From assembly GCA_964636325.1 (NCBI GenBank), contig CAZWRV010000019.1:10471-74470 (forward strand): a stretch of DNA of 64,000 nt, given 5' to 3'. Origin of the DNA: an uncultured Victivallaceae bacterium (GTDB lineage Bacteria; Verrucomicrobiota; Lentisphaeria; Victivallales; GWF2-50-93). The number at the start of each line of letters is the position of its first letter. Position 1 is the first letter of the stretch. Below the pieces are notes generated by a model, which was given only the letters and a program-made list of their open reading frames with translations, made no database searches and had not been told where the DNA came from. The position numbers and the translations under genes are program-made. Below are positions 51,607-60,825 of the stretch, piece after piece.

Positions 51607-53403
51607 TCAGGATTCTAACAGTTCCGGCAGAGGTGACCGGGGTGTTCTCTGTTCGAGCCGAAGGAAGACGCCCCAGGCCTGGCCGGCCAACGATGCGAGC
51701 GCAACCACAAGCTCATGCTCGCCGGCAGATGCCGCGAATTCCACTTTGGCGTCGTCGAACGCTGCAGGCGGGCCGGCTTCGGGATCGCAGAATATTTCGT
51801 GGCCGTCCACCCAGACCTTGACAGGGCCGTCGTAACCGAGCCAGGCGCGGAGCCGGGAGGAACGTGCGCAATTGAACCTGCAGGCATAGTAGACAAGTGC
51901 GTCCTTCGGTTTCTGCGCGCCGCTGCCGGGAGTAGCACCGAACGGGCCTGTGGCATATGCGCCCGAGGGCAGGCCAAACTGCTTGAGCTCCTCATGGCGG
52001 TCGGCGAAAGCGCCGCCGAATTTCCGGTGCGTAAAATCGTGAATCATTTTTTTGCCGGGCGCGGCAAGCGAGCTGATTTCCGCGTATGGTTCGATTTCGC
52101 TTACTCTGAAGACGCGGATGAAATCAGTGAAATGTCCTGCGTTCCTGCGCGAGCTTCTCAGCCAAGGCTGCTTCGGCGGCTTCATTTCGATCTGCCTTAG
52201 CAACCAATAGTTTCGCAGCCACTGGATCTCCTGGACGCCTGTGCTTCTCGCATAGAGATGCACAGTCTCGGGAAGATGATCGTAGTCTTCATATAGGTAA
52301 TGCGTGAAATCCTCCGGCACCCGCTTGAAAAGCGAGAGAATTTCAAATGCCATCTCGAACGCGCCAGGATAACCGAGCGCGGCAAGCCCGCAGATAGGGT
52401 TGTGTTCGAAGTGAGGTCTCTGGCGTCCGCGGTGCCGCGTGGCGAAGAAGGCGAAGCCGAATCCGCGTTCGCGGTCAAATTCCGGATCCACGCCGACCTG
52501 ATCGGGAGTCACGCCGGGCTGATCTCGCTTAATCATTTCCGGTTTAGGATATGTCGATAGCGCAATCTGCGCCTCGGCGAAGGCGCGGTCGAAAAACTCC
52601 ATAGGCAAGTGGCGGGCGAAATCCTTTCCGAGCAATTCGGCCAGGACCGGAAGGTCGCTTCCCCAGTTGAAAGCCCGGAGGATGTGGAACTTCGGATCGC
52701 GGAAACGGGCAAGCTGTCCGTCCAGTTTCTTCCGCCAGAAGGCGCTTCGCGTGCGCCGTGCCGTCCAGGCCGCGGCCGGTAGGAAAAAGCTCATCCCATG
52801 CTGGAAGTCCTGGTTCCACTCGGTCAACATCGTCTTGTAGTAGAAATAAGTGAATCCCTGGTCGGCATACCATTTCAGAGTCTGTTCTACCAAGGTGTCG
52901 ATCTCGGTCTGGGTCGCCTTGTCCGCATGTGGACGAAACAGATATAATCCGGATAGCATCGGGCTCGCCTGGTCGGTACCGAGCGGTTCGAGGAACTGGT
53001 GCATCAGCGTCTCCAGTCCGCCTTTCCAGCCGCCGTAGGGACGCAGGAACGAGCCGATGCCGTGGATCTGCGAGGCCGAATATATGCGGCGCAGAGTCTG
53101 CCAGAGTGACCGGCAGCGCTCGACGCAGCGCGCATCTCCTATGACCGCATGCTGGCGCATGAGCGCGTCCATGTAGAGCCCCATGGCCATGACGCTGTCC
53201 TCGTATGTCCAGAAGGCCCAGGGGTCTATGTCGGCGCGGCGCGGGACTTTTATCGGCGTTATGAAGTCGGGCTCGAACGGACGGCCGGTGCTCGAGTCGA
53301 TCGCCGACATCATGAACCCTTCCGGATCGAACAGATGCTCTTCGACGTAGCGGCCAGCGGACTGCGCGGTGGCCCCGCAGCGTGATTCGACGCAGTTCTT
53401 CAT
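51607..53403 (-). CDS. Hypothetical cytoplasmic protein, helical N-domain + C-terminal PA14/CBM-like beta-sandwich
   Basis: Long ORF with RBS GGA. The C-terminus YYACRF...LRAWLGYDGPVKVWVDGHEIF...VEFAASAGEHELVV is PA14-like. Confidence 0.6.
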   Translation of the reverse strand: MKNCVESRCGATAQSAGRYVEEHLFDPEGFMMSAIDSSTGRPFEPDFITPIKVPRRADIDPWAFWTYEDSVMAMGLYMDALMRQHAVIGDARCVERCRSLWQTLRRIYSASQIHGIGSFLRPYGGWKGGLETLMHQFLEPLGTDQASPMLSGLYLFRPHADKATQTEIDTLVEQTLKWYADQGFTYFYYKTMLTEWNQDFQHGMSFFLPAAAWTARRTRSAFWRKKLDGQLARFRDPKFHILRAFNWGSDLPVLAELLGKDFARHLPMEFFDRAFAEAQIALSTYPKPEMIKRDQPGVTPDQVGVDPEFDRERGFGFAFFATRHRGRQRPHFEHNPICGLAALGYPGAFEMAFEILSLFKRVPEDFTHYLYEDYDHLPETVHLYARSTGVQEIQWLRNYWLLRQIEMKPPKQPWLRSSRRNAGHFTDFIRVFRVSEIEPYAEISSLAAPGKKMIHDFTHRKFGGAFADRHEELKQFGLPSGAYATGPFGATPGSGAQKPKDALVYYACRFNCARSSRLRAWLGYDGPVKVWVDGHEIFCDPEAGPPAAFDDAKVEFAASAGEHELVVALASLAGQAWGVFLRLEQRTPRSPLPELLES

Positions 53404-53440
53404 CCTTTACTCCGCTAGTAAAAACCATGTTTAACTTTTC

Positions 53441-54153
53441 CTATTTCAATCGGGCCAGCTCAGCCCTGATTTTCATTGAGAGTCCTGCGATGTCATCCTT
53501 TCTGAGGTAGTCGCCTAGAGAATTCCCTATGTCCTTGTCAGAAATAACTTGAACTTTTGCCCTGAGAAAATCGAAGAATTGTTCGACGCCTGAGCCCTTG
53601 AAATAGTCTTCCTTGCGCACGAGTTTTGAGTAGCTGGGCTTTTTCAAGCGGCCCATCAGCGTTTTTATGTCCGGCCTAATTCCCATCCTAAGATAAAACC
53701 AGATGTCATAAATATCCCTAATCAGACGGCGTTCGTTCCACGCGGCCATCTTGTTGGATAGCGAAACTGACAAGTCTACGACCGGTATCAGGCGCGGAGG
53801 AAGATCATATTTTGCCGCCAGTTCCTTGTTAGAAACTATCTGGACCGGCACATCCATGGCGACCTTCGCCTCGATTTGTATTTTGGAGCCGCCAGCCTCC
53901 AAGGCGATCCGGAGGCATTTCGAGTTTAGCGAGTAATCAAGCTTGGCCCCTCCGATTTCTTCAAGCGCAGAAAGGATGTCCTTGACTATATCCTTCTTGG
54001 AATTGAATGGCACGAAGACATAGTCAAGATCATTCGTCATGCGCTCGCAGCCGAGGAACTGAGCGACATCCCGCCGCGCAGAACCGCCTTTCTGGCAAAC
54101 TTCCGTGCAAAGATGTCCATCACCTTGGCAAGCAAAGCCTCTTCCTTGATCAT
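53441..54153 (-). pseudogene. AbiEii/nucleotidyltransferase type IV toxin with 1-bp frameshift near 54059
   Basis: ATG at 54153 overlaps the antitoxin stop (ATGA). It reads MIKEEALLAKVMDIFARKFARKAVLRGGMSL, then continues in a shifted frame as FLGCERMTNDLDY...NKMAAWNERRLIRDIYD. Confidence 0.85.
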
Positions 54154-54740
54154 AAGCTCCAGACCTTCCTGAAGAATGAGACAAATCGCCGGTCATATTT
54201 TTTAAGATAATCCGATATCTTGCCGGGCTTGAGCATGGAGATACTGACATCGCTCTCCGGATCGAAAGAGAAACTCCTGCCCTTGAAATAAAAGTAGCAG
54301 ACATCAAGGAAGGCCTTCTCTGGTGTGGCATATTTGATCCCTTTGACGGTTTCAAAACCGAAAAAAAGGCGGGGGGTTATGCTGAGATGCTCGATGATCC
54401 CCATCTCGCAATTATAAGTTCTGGGCCGCCCGACTTTAACCGCCTGGATCCTGCGGGCTGGGATCGAACCAATGACAGCCTTTGCCGCCAGCACCGTTCC
54501 AGTGGAAACATATGAGTCGGGATTGATACGCGAACTTATTGCCTCAAGCGAAGTTCCCGGCAAAGCATAAATTCCCCGCTTGACCCTGACCAGCACCTTT
54601 TCCTTGACCGCCGATTCAAGCTTCTTGAAGAGTGCAGCCTCGCTCTGGCCGCCAAAGATGACCTTCAGGTCAGGCATGGCCAGCACTCCGCCGAGTTCCG
54701 AAGCCCACTTTTCGATATCTTTTGTATCAGATGCTTTCAT
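54150..54740 (-). CDS. AbiEi-type type IV antitoxin (wHTH)
   Basis: LVRVKRGIYAL...INPDSYVS...ATPEKAFLDVCY. Confidence 0.85.
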   Translation of the reverse strand: MKASDTKDIEKWASELGGVLAMPDLKVIFGGQSEAALFKKLESAVKEKVLVRVKRGIYALPGTSLEAISSRINPDSYVSTGTVLAAKAVIGSIPARRIQAVKVGRPRTYNCEMGIIEHLSITPRLFFGFETVKGIKYATPEKAFLDVCYFYFKGRSFSFDPESDVSISMLKPGKISDYLKKYDRRFVSFFRKVWSL

Positions 54741-54776
54741 TGACAGATACTATAATATTGTTATAGTTATTGTCAA
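54740..54776 (-). promoter_or_regulatory. abiE promoter with imperfect inverted repeat; probably leaderless
   Basis: Minus strand TTGACA-16 nt-TATAGT-8 nt-ATG; IR arms TTGACAGATACTATAA / TTATAGTTATTGTCAA. Confidence 0.6.
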
Positions 54777-54812
54777 TATATCAACGCGATAAAGCGTGAA
54801 TCTCTTGCCGGG

Positions 54813-55211
54813 CTACTTCCAAAACGATCTTACGTGCGGATAGCCGAGGATATTCTTGTCGCAGGTTATGATTGTCAGGTTGAAAATCCTTGCTGTCGCC
54901 ACTATTATCTGGTCTGCAGGATCGCTGTGGAATTTGCCGGGGAGGGAATTTGATTCGACGGCGACGTCCGGCGTCAAAGGGCAGATTCTTATCCCTGGAT
55001 TTGCGGTTGCGCTTGCGATCCATTCTCTTAACGGCATAGAAATATGGATTTTCCCGAGCGAAGATTTTTTGGCCAGCTCCCAGGGGCTGATGGCGGACAG
55101 CCCGAGCGGTGCGTTTGAGGATTCTTTGAGGAGGTTCGCCGTTTTTGCCGGGAGTTCAGAGGAAGCTTCGAAAAGCCAGATCCACGCGTGGGTGTCCAGG
55201 AGGTATTTCAA
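54813..55211 (-). CDS. PIN-domain (VapC-like) toxin
   Basis: YLLDTHAWIW, SAISPWELA, HSDPADQIIVATA, ITCD; TTG start overlapping the antitoxin TGA. Confidence 0.9.
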   Translation of the reverse strand: MKYLLDTHAWIWLFEASSELPAKTANLLKESSNAPLGLSAISPWELAKKSSLGKIHISMPLREWIASATANPGIRICPLTPDVAVESNSLPGKFHSDPADQIIVATARIFNLTIITCDKNILGYPHVRSFWK

Positions 55212-55444
55212 CGTGAGGCCTCCCATTCCTCGTCCCCAAGAGGCTCATCGAAGTTCTTGGCTACGTATGTTACTTTGCCTTTCAGGGAGCCCCAGGCGGG
55301 ATTTAATTTGGTAGCTGGCTTGGGAGGTTCAATGACAGCGATGATCTTGCCGCGTTTTGTTACTTCGACAGTCTTGTATTCGGTAGAAACTTCCCTGAGC
55401 ACGTTGGTGCATTTTGCCTTGAACTCGCTAACGGACATCTTCAT
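55208..55444 (-). CDS. Phd/YefM antitoxin
   Basis: MSVSEFKAKCTNVLREV...VEVTKRGKIIAVIEP...FDEPL. Confidence 0.9.
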   Translation of the reverse strand: MKMSVSEFKAKCTNVLREVSTEYKTVEVTKRGKIIAVIEPPKPATKLNPAWGSLKGKVTYVAKNFDEPLGDEEWEASR

Positions 55445-55463
55445 GATCTTGCCTCCAGGCTAG

Positions 55464-55484
55464 TTGACCATAATATATGGTCAA
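55464..55484. promoter_or_regulatory. Operator palindrome overlapping the -10 of the phd-vapC promoter
   Basis: TTGACCATA-ATA-TATGGTCAA perfect 9-bp IR; TTGACA -35 on the minus strand at 55494-55499. Confidence 0.7.
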
Positions 55485-55506
55485 TTCAATATTTGTCAAG
55501 GGTGGA

Positions 55507-57567
55507 TCACCCCTTCTTGAACAGCTCGTAGGTTCTGAGCTGGCTTCTGGAGCTTGCGAACTTCGCGTTTCCGGCGGGGGTGTATCTGCCTGAGGGGAGG
55601 AGCCTTCTGGCCTTGAACCGGTCTGCGAGCTGGATTTCGAGGATGGAGTCTATCGTCCTTCTGATGGAGGTGCTTTCGACGGGGAACATGATTTCGATCC
55701 GCTTGTAGAGGTTTCTCGGCATCCAGTCGGCGCTGGCGAGATAGTATTCGGGGTTGCCGCCGTTGCGGAAGTAGTAGATGCGGGAGTGCTCGAGGAACCT
55801 GTCGACGATGCTTGTGACGCGGATGTTGCCGGTCCTGATGCCTGGCTTGAGGCAGCATATTCCTCGGACGATGAGGTCGATTTCGACGCCGGCCTCGGCG
55901 GCCTTGTATATGTGTTCGATCATGTCCCGGTCGACGAGGGAGTTCATCTTGGCGATGATGCGGCCGGGCATGTGCTTGGAGGACAGGCGTATCTCCCTGT
56001 CGATGAGGGAGATGAACTTCTCCTTGAGGTCGAAGGGTGCGGCGGCGATCTTGAGCCACTGGTCGGGCTTGGCGGAGTAGCCGGTCATGACGTTGAAGAG
56101 GGAAGCGATGTCGGAGCAGAGGTCCGGGTCGTCGGTGATGAGGCCGGCGTCGGTATATATCCTGGCGGTCTTGTCGTTGTAGTTTCCGGTGGAGAGGTGG
56201 AGGTATCTTCGGATCATGCCTTCCTCCCTGCGGATTATGAGGAGGGCCTTGCCGTGTATCTTCAGGCCGGGGATTCCGTAGATGACGTGCGCGCCGGACT
56301 CCTCCAGGCGGTGAGCCCATAGGATGTTGTGCTCCTCGTCGAAGCGGGCCTTGACCTCGACGATGACGGTGACCTGCTTCTTGTTTTCGGCGGCGCTCTG
56401 GAGGGCCTTGACGACGGGGGAGTCGCCGCTGACGCGGTAGAGGGTCTGCTTGATGGCGAGGACGCTGGGGTCTGCGGACGCCTCTTCGAGCAGCTTCACG
56501 ACGGGATCGAAGCTTTGGAAGGGGAGGAAGACCGGGATTGCGCCTTCGCGTTTTACGGCCGAGAAGACGGATTCGCCGTCTCGGATTTGCGGGTTTCTGA
56601 GGGGGGGCCACGGCGCCTCTGTGAGCTCGGGCCTGCCTTCCTTGGCGGCAAGCTGGAAGAAGTTGGCTAGATGGAGCATGCCGTCGACGTTGTATATCTT
56701 GTTGTTCTCCAGTCGGATCTGGCGGCAGAGCCAGTTTTCGAGCTTTGTCCTGGCACCGCCCTTCTTGAGGACTTCCATCCGTATTATCTGCTGGCGGCGC
56801 TGCTGGAGGAGCTCCTTGCGTATCTCGGAGATGAGGTCGGCGGCGTCCTCCTCGTCGAGGGTGAACTCCATGTCCCTGTTTATTCTGAACTGGAGGACCT
56901 CGGTGATCTCGCACTTGGAGAAGAGGGCGCCGATATTGCAGGTTATCATGTCCTCCAGTAGGACGTAGACGCTGGAGGTCTTAGGGTGGGCGCTTCTAAT
57001 CTTTATGAATCTGGGCAGCACTTCGGGGACTTCGACGAAAGCCTGGACGATCTTTCCCGAGTCGTGGCGGCGGACGCTCACCGCCAGCTGTATGGCCTTG
57101 TTGTTGAGGACGGGGAAGGGGTGGCTCGGGTCTACGGCGAGGGGTGTGAGCGCGGGGAAAATCTGGTGGTCGAAGATCGCCTTTATCTCCTTGGCCTCGG
57201 CCTGTCCCCATTCGCCGGGCCTGAGGATGACGACGCCTTTTTCGCGGAGCTCCGGAAGGATTTCGTCTTGGAGTATCCTCTGCTGCCTTTCGCACAGATG
57301 GATGACCTTCCTTCTGATCTCGTGGAGCTGTTCCTCGGCGGTGAGGCCGCAGTCGTCTGCGGACCTGTCGCCGGACTCCACCCTCTGGCGCAGGGATGCT
57401 ACGCGGACCATGAAGAATTCGTCGAGGTTGTTGCTGAAGATCGCGACGAACTTGAGGCGTTCGGCGACCGGATTGGACTTGTCGGCGGCCTCTTCGAGGA
57501 CGCGTGCGTTGAAGTCGAGCCAGCTCAGGTCGCGGCTGATGAAATGGTCTTTTGAGAGGTGTTCCAT
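55507..57567 (-). CDS. ppk1: Polyphosphate kinase 1
   Basis: SRDLSWLDFNARVL, NNLDEFFMVRVA, AIKQTLYR, ARFDEEHNI, HLSTGNYN, DRFLEHSRI, SADWMPRNL. Confidence 0.97.
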   Translation of the reverse strand: MEHLSKDHFISRDLSWLDFNARVLEEAADKSNPVAERLKFVAIFSNNLDEFFMVRVASLRQRVESGDRSADDCGLTAEEQLHEIRRKVIHLCERQQRILQDEILPELREKGVVILRPGEWGQAEAKEIKAIFDHQIFPALTPLAVDPSHPFPVLNNKAIQLAVSVRRHDSGKIVQAFVEVPEVLPRFIKIRSAHPKTSSVYVLLEDMITCNIGALFSKCEITEVLQFRINRDMEFTLDEEDAADLISEIRKELLQQRRQQIIRMEVLKKGGARTKLENWLCRQIRLENNKIYNVDGMLHLANFFQLAAKEGRPELTEAPWPPLRNPQIRDGESVFSAVKREGAIPVFLPFQSFDPVVKLLEEASADPSVLAIKQTLYRVSGDSPVVKALQSAAENKKQVTVIVEVKARFDEEHNILWAHRLEESGAHVIYGIPGLKIHGKALLIIRREEGMIRRYLHLSTGNYNDKTARIYTDAGLITDDPDLCSDIASLFNVMTGYSAKPDQWLKIAAAPFDLKEKFISLIDREIRLSSKHMPGRIIAKMNSLVDRDMIEHIYKAAEAGVEIDLIVRGICCLKPGIRTGNIRVTSIVDRFLEHSRIYYFRNGGNPEYYLASADWMPRNLYKRIEIMFPVESTSIRRTIDSILEIQLADRFKARRLLPSGRYTPAGNAKFASSRSQLRTYELFKKG

Positions 57568-57571
57568 TGTT

Positions 57572-59110
57572 TCATTCCACCACCACCTTGAGTCCGAAGA
57601 CCCCTGTGAAGATGTCCTTCTTCTTCTTGACCTCGAGCTTTTCGATTGCGAGGTCGTATGAGGCGTTGGTTTTGACATACAAGTTTTCGTCGTCGTATGA
57701 GACGGAGATGTTCCTTATCTGGTGGAGGCGCGACCTGTCGAGGGCGTCGGCGATTCTGAGGATGCCTGCGAGCTTCATTACAAGGACTCTCTGCTCGGGC
57801 AGCAGGCATGTGAACTCGGGATGCGAGAGCTTGGGGCCGCCGCGGCGGTGGTATCTTGCAACTGCGGCGATGATGTTGAGTTCGTCGGGGCTGATGCCGG
57901 GGAGCTGGCTGTTCCTGATGAGGTAGCAGGAGTGCTTGTGGTGCTGGCGGCTGTTGACGAACTGGCCGATGTCGTGGAGGATTGCGGCGACCTCGAGGAG
58001 GAGGCGTGCCCTGCCGTCCATGCCGTGGACAGTCTTGAGCGAGTCGAAGATCGCCATCGAGTTGAGGGCGGCGCAGAGGGCGTGCTCCGAGTCGTATTTG
58101 AACTTCTGGCCCAGGAACTTAGCGGCGGAGACAATTTCCTCGGGGAATCCGTCCTTCTCGCCAGTGAATCCGCGGATCATGTCGTCGATTATGGCGTCGC
58201 GCGTGCTGAGCATGGGGACGATGATCCTGTCGGCGCTTGTGATTTCGAAGAAGCGCTCGAGTATGTCGCAGCAGGGCTCCAGGCTTTGTGCTACAAGGTC
58301 GGAGATGCCGTATTCTCCGGCGAGCTTGTCCGGGGGGGCGCCGCTGATTTTGGAGGCGACTGCCATGAGCTTACGCTTGGAGAGGAGGGCTATTTTCTGC
58401 CTTGTCTCGGTCTTGCCAAGGTTGACGATTGAGCGCAGCGGGGCGCCGACGGCAATGAAGAGTTCGGGGCGCTGGCCTTCGGGGTAGCCCTTCTCGATCT
58501 GTTCGACGGTGGATGCGACGAATATTTCGATGATGCTTCCGGACTTTGTGGAGCTGACGGTGCCTCCGATCTCCTCGTAGAGGCGCAGGGTGCCCATGCG
58601 GTAGGATTCGGCGCTGATGAGCCTGCCGTCCTGGATGAACGCGGTGTGGGTGGAGCCGGTGCCGATGGTGCACATGACGGCGTTCTTGCCGGCGAGGGAG
58701 AACTTTCCTGCGAGGAGCTTCTTGACGGACAGGAAGATGAGGCGTATTTCCTCGGGCCCTTCGAGGACTTCCAGCTCGATGCCGCTCAGGTTTCTGACGC
58801 GGTCGAGGAAGATGTCCCTGTTGGACGCCTCGCGGACGGCGCTAGTGGCGATGGCCTTGTGGAACTGGACGCCGTATTCGGACATCTCCTTGCGGAAGTC
58901 GTTGAGTATCTTGCCGATGGTGTTGATGTTCTCGGGCTGTATGGCGCCCTTCATGAAGACGTCGCGGCCGAGCGGGACGGGTAGCGAGAGCTCCTCGAGC
59001 ATCTGGAACGAGGCGTCATCCCTGAACTGGACGATTTCAAGCCTCGCCGAATGGGAGCCGACGTCGATAACGGCGACAGGGCTGGGGAACTTTGTCTCCC
59101 GATGGTTCAT
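57572..59110 (-). CDS. ppx: Ppx/GppA exopolyphosphatase with HD domain
   Basis: AVIDVGSHSARL, ATSAVREA, IGTGST, AAILHDIG, HHKHS, ARYHRR, ILRIADALD. Confidence 0.92.
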   Translation of the reverse strand: MNHRETKFPSPVAVIDVGSHSARLEIVQFRDDASFQMLEELSLPVPLGRDVFMKGAIQPENINTIGKILNDFRKEMSEYGVQFHKAIATSAVREASNRDIFLDRVRNLSGIELEVLEGPEEIRLIFLSVKKLLAGKFSLAGKNAVMCTIGTGSTHTAFIQDGRLISAESYRMGTLRLYEEIGGTVSSTKSGSIIEIFVASTVEQIEKGYPEGQRPELFIAVGAPLRSIVNLGKTETRQKIALLSKRKLMAVASKISGAPPDKLAGEYGISDLVAQSLEPCCDILERFFEITSADRIIVPMLSTRDAIIDDMIRGFTGEKDGFPEEIVSAAKFLGQKFKYDSEHALCAALNSMAIFDSLKTVHGMDGRARLLLEVAAILHDIGQFVNSRQHHKHSCYLIRNSQLPGISPDELNIIAAVARYHRRGGPKLSHPEFTCLLPEQRVLVMKLAGILRIADALDRSRLHQIRNISVSYDDENLYVKTNASYDLAIEKLEVKKKKDIFTGVFGLKVVVE

Positions 59111-59186
59111 AAGGATGTTGAGGTTATTGGTTATCTGTCAATAGTTATTAGTATGCTCTAACCAATAACTTGAATCGTTGGATTTG

Positions 59187-60710
59187 TCAGGGCTTCTTGC
59201 AGTCGTCCTTGCCGGAATCGGGCTTGAACTCGTTGACCTTGCCGAGGTATCCCGGCAGGTCTATGCCGGCCATGCTTGCTACGTCGTGCAGGGGCGGGAG
59301 GCTCTGGACCATTCCGCTGAGGAAGTTGGCGGTGGAGGTCTTGCCGCCGGCGGTGCCGCTGCCGCCCTCCCAGACGACGATCTTGTCGAACTTGATGTTC
59401 TTGATGGCCTCGGTCTGGAGGTGGACGATCTGTTCGAGCTTTTCTATGAGAAGCATCTTCGCGGCGGCGTCGGAGTCGTTGTTGCAGGACTTGATTATCT
59501 GGCTGAATCCTTCGCCCTTGGCCTTTAGTATCTGGAAGTTGCCTCGGGCCTCGGCGTCCAGCTTGACGAAGATGGCGTCGGCTTCGCCCTTGGCCTCACG
59601 GCGGGTCTTTTCGGCCTGGGCTTCGGCGCTTATTTCGACTTGATTCTTTGCGATCTCGGCGGGGACGATGACTTCGGCGCGCTGCTTTTCTTTCTCCATG
59701 GCGGCGCGGGCGGCCTGCGCCTCCTGTTCGGCCATGTAATGGGCCTTTTCGATCTGGGCCTCGGCGATGCGCTTGGCTGCCTCGGCCTTCCTGAAGGCCT
59801 CGGCCTCCTGCTCGGAACGGATGGCGTTGGACTTGGCTATCTCTATCGCAGATGAATTTTCACCGTTGATGGCCTCTGATTCCGCCTGCTTTATCGCGAT
59901 GCGGCGGTCCCTGTCGGCGTTGGCCTCGCCGGTGAGGGCCTCGGCCTCGGCCTTCTTGACGGCGATGCGGCGGTCCCTGTCGGCGTTGGCCTCGCCGGCG
60001 ACGGCGTCTGCCTCTGCCTTTGAGACTGCGACCCTCTGCTGGCGCTTTGCCTCGGCCTCTCCGATGCGCCCCTTCTTCTCCTCTTCCGCGACGTCGATAC
60101 GGGCCTTGTTGATGGCCTCTGCGGCGGCCTGCTTTCCTATCGCGTCGAGGTAGCCGCTCTCGTCCATGATGTCGGTGATGTTGACGTTGAGGAGGACGAG
60201 GCCGACCTTGTTGAGCTCGGCGGTGACGTTGAGCTCGACGTTCTTGAGGAATGTTTCGCGGTCGGCGTTGATCTCCTCGATGGTCATCGAGGCCACGACC
60301 ATACGGAGCTGTCCGAAGATTATGTCGCGCGCAAGGTCCCTGATTCCGTCGGGGGCGAGGCCGAATAGGCGTTCGGCCGCGTTGAGCATGATCACCGGGT
60401 CTGTGCTTACGCCGACGGTGAAGACGGACGGGACGCTGAGACGGATGTTCTGCTTGGAGAGCGCGTTCTTGAGGTCAATGTCGATCGGGATGGGACGCAA
60501 TGCGATGTAGCCGTAGTCCTGCACGACCGGCCACACGAAGGCCGCGCCGCCGTGGATGCATCGGGCCGCTCCCTTGCCGGAGGTTTTTCCGTAGATCACC
60601 ATGATCCTGTCGGACGGGCATTTCTTCCATCTCGACACGAACCAGAGCAGGAAGCTGAAGCCGAAGATTATCAGCGTGAGAATCAATCCGACCATTGGAC
60701 CAGTGTTCAT
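59187..60710 (-). CDS. Flotillin/SPFH (band 7) family protein
   Basis: N-terminal TM, GGAAFVWPV, GQLRMVVASMTIEEINADR, and Ala/Glu-rich coiled-coil repeats. Confidence 0.9.
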   Translation of the reverse strand: MNTGPMVGLILTLIIFGFSFLLWFVSRWKKCPSDRIMVIYGKTSGKGAARCIHGGAAFVWPVVQDYGYIALRPIPIDIDLKNALSKQNIRLSVPSVFTVGVSTDPVIMLNAAERLFGLAPDGIRDLARDIIFGQLRMVVASMTIEEINADRETFLKNVELNVTAELNKVGLVLLNVNITDIMDESGYLDAIGKQAAAEAINKARIDVAEEEKKGRIGEAEAKRQQRVAVSKAEADAVAGEANADRDRRIAVKKAEAEALTGEANADRDRRIAIKQAESEAINGENSSAIEIAKSNAIRSEQEAEAFRKAEAAKRIAEAQIEKAHYMAEQEAQAARAAMEKEKQRAEVIVPAEIAKNQVEISAEAQAEKTRREAKGEADAIFVKLDAEARGNFQILKAKGEGFSQIIKSCNNDSDAAAKMLLIEKLEQIVHLQTEAIKNIKFDKIVVWEGGSGTAGGKTSTANFLSGMVQSLPPLHDVASMAGIDLPGYLGKVNEFKPDSGKDDCKKP

Positions 60711-60825
60711 TTAAACCTCCTTAACGTTGATTAAAATAAATATTCTTGGCGATAACTCTATAATTGTAAGGCTATAATGCAAGCGGAGGAATCCAATATC
60801 CGATATCCGGCAAGGATTTCCGGGC

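Noticed and set aside
53441-54355. 304-aa ORF as given in the ORF track
   Set aside because: Its first ~100 codons overlap the antitoxin in another frame and are non-homologous; the real start is 54153 with a frameshift.
59123-59169. 11-bp inverted repeat GTTATTGGTTA/TAACCAATAAC between flotillin and ppx as an operator
   Set aside because: AT-rich single occurrence with a 25-bp loop; it cannot be distinguished from a weak terminator or chance.
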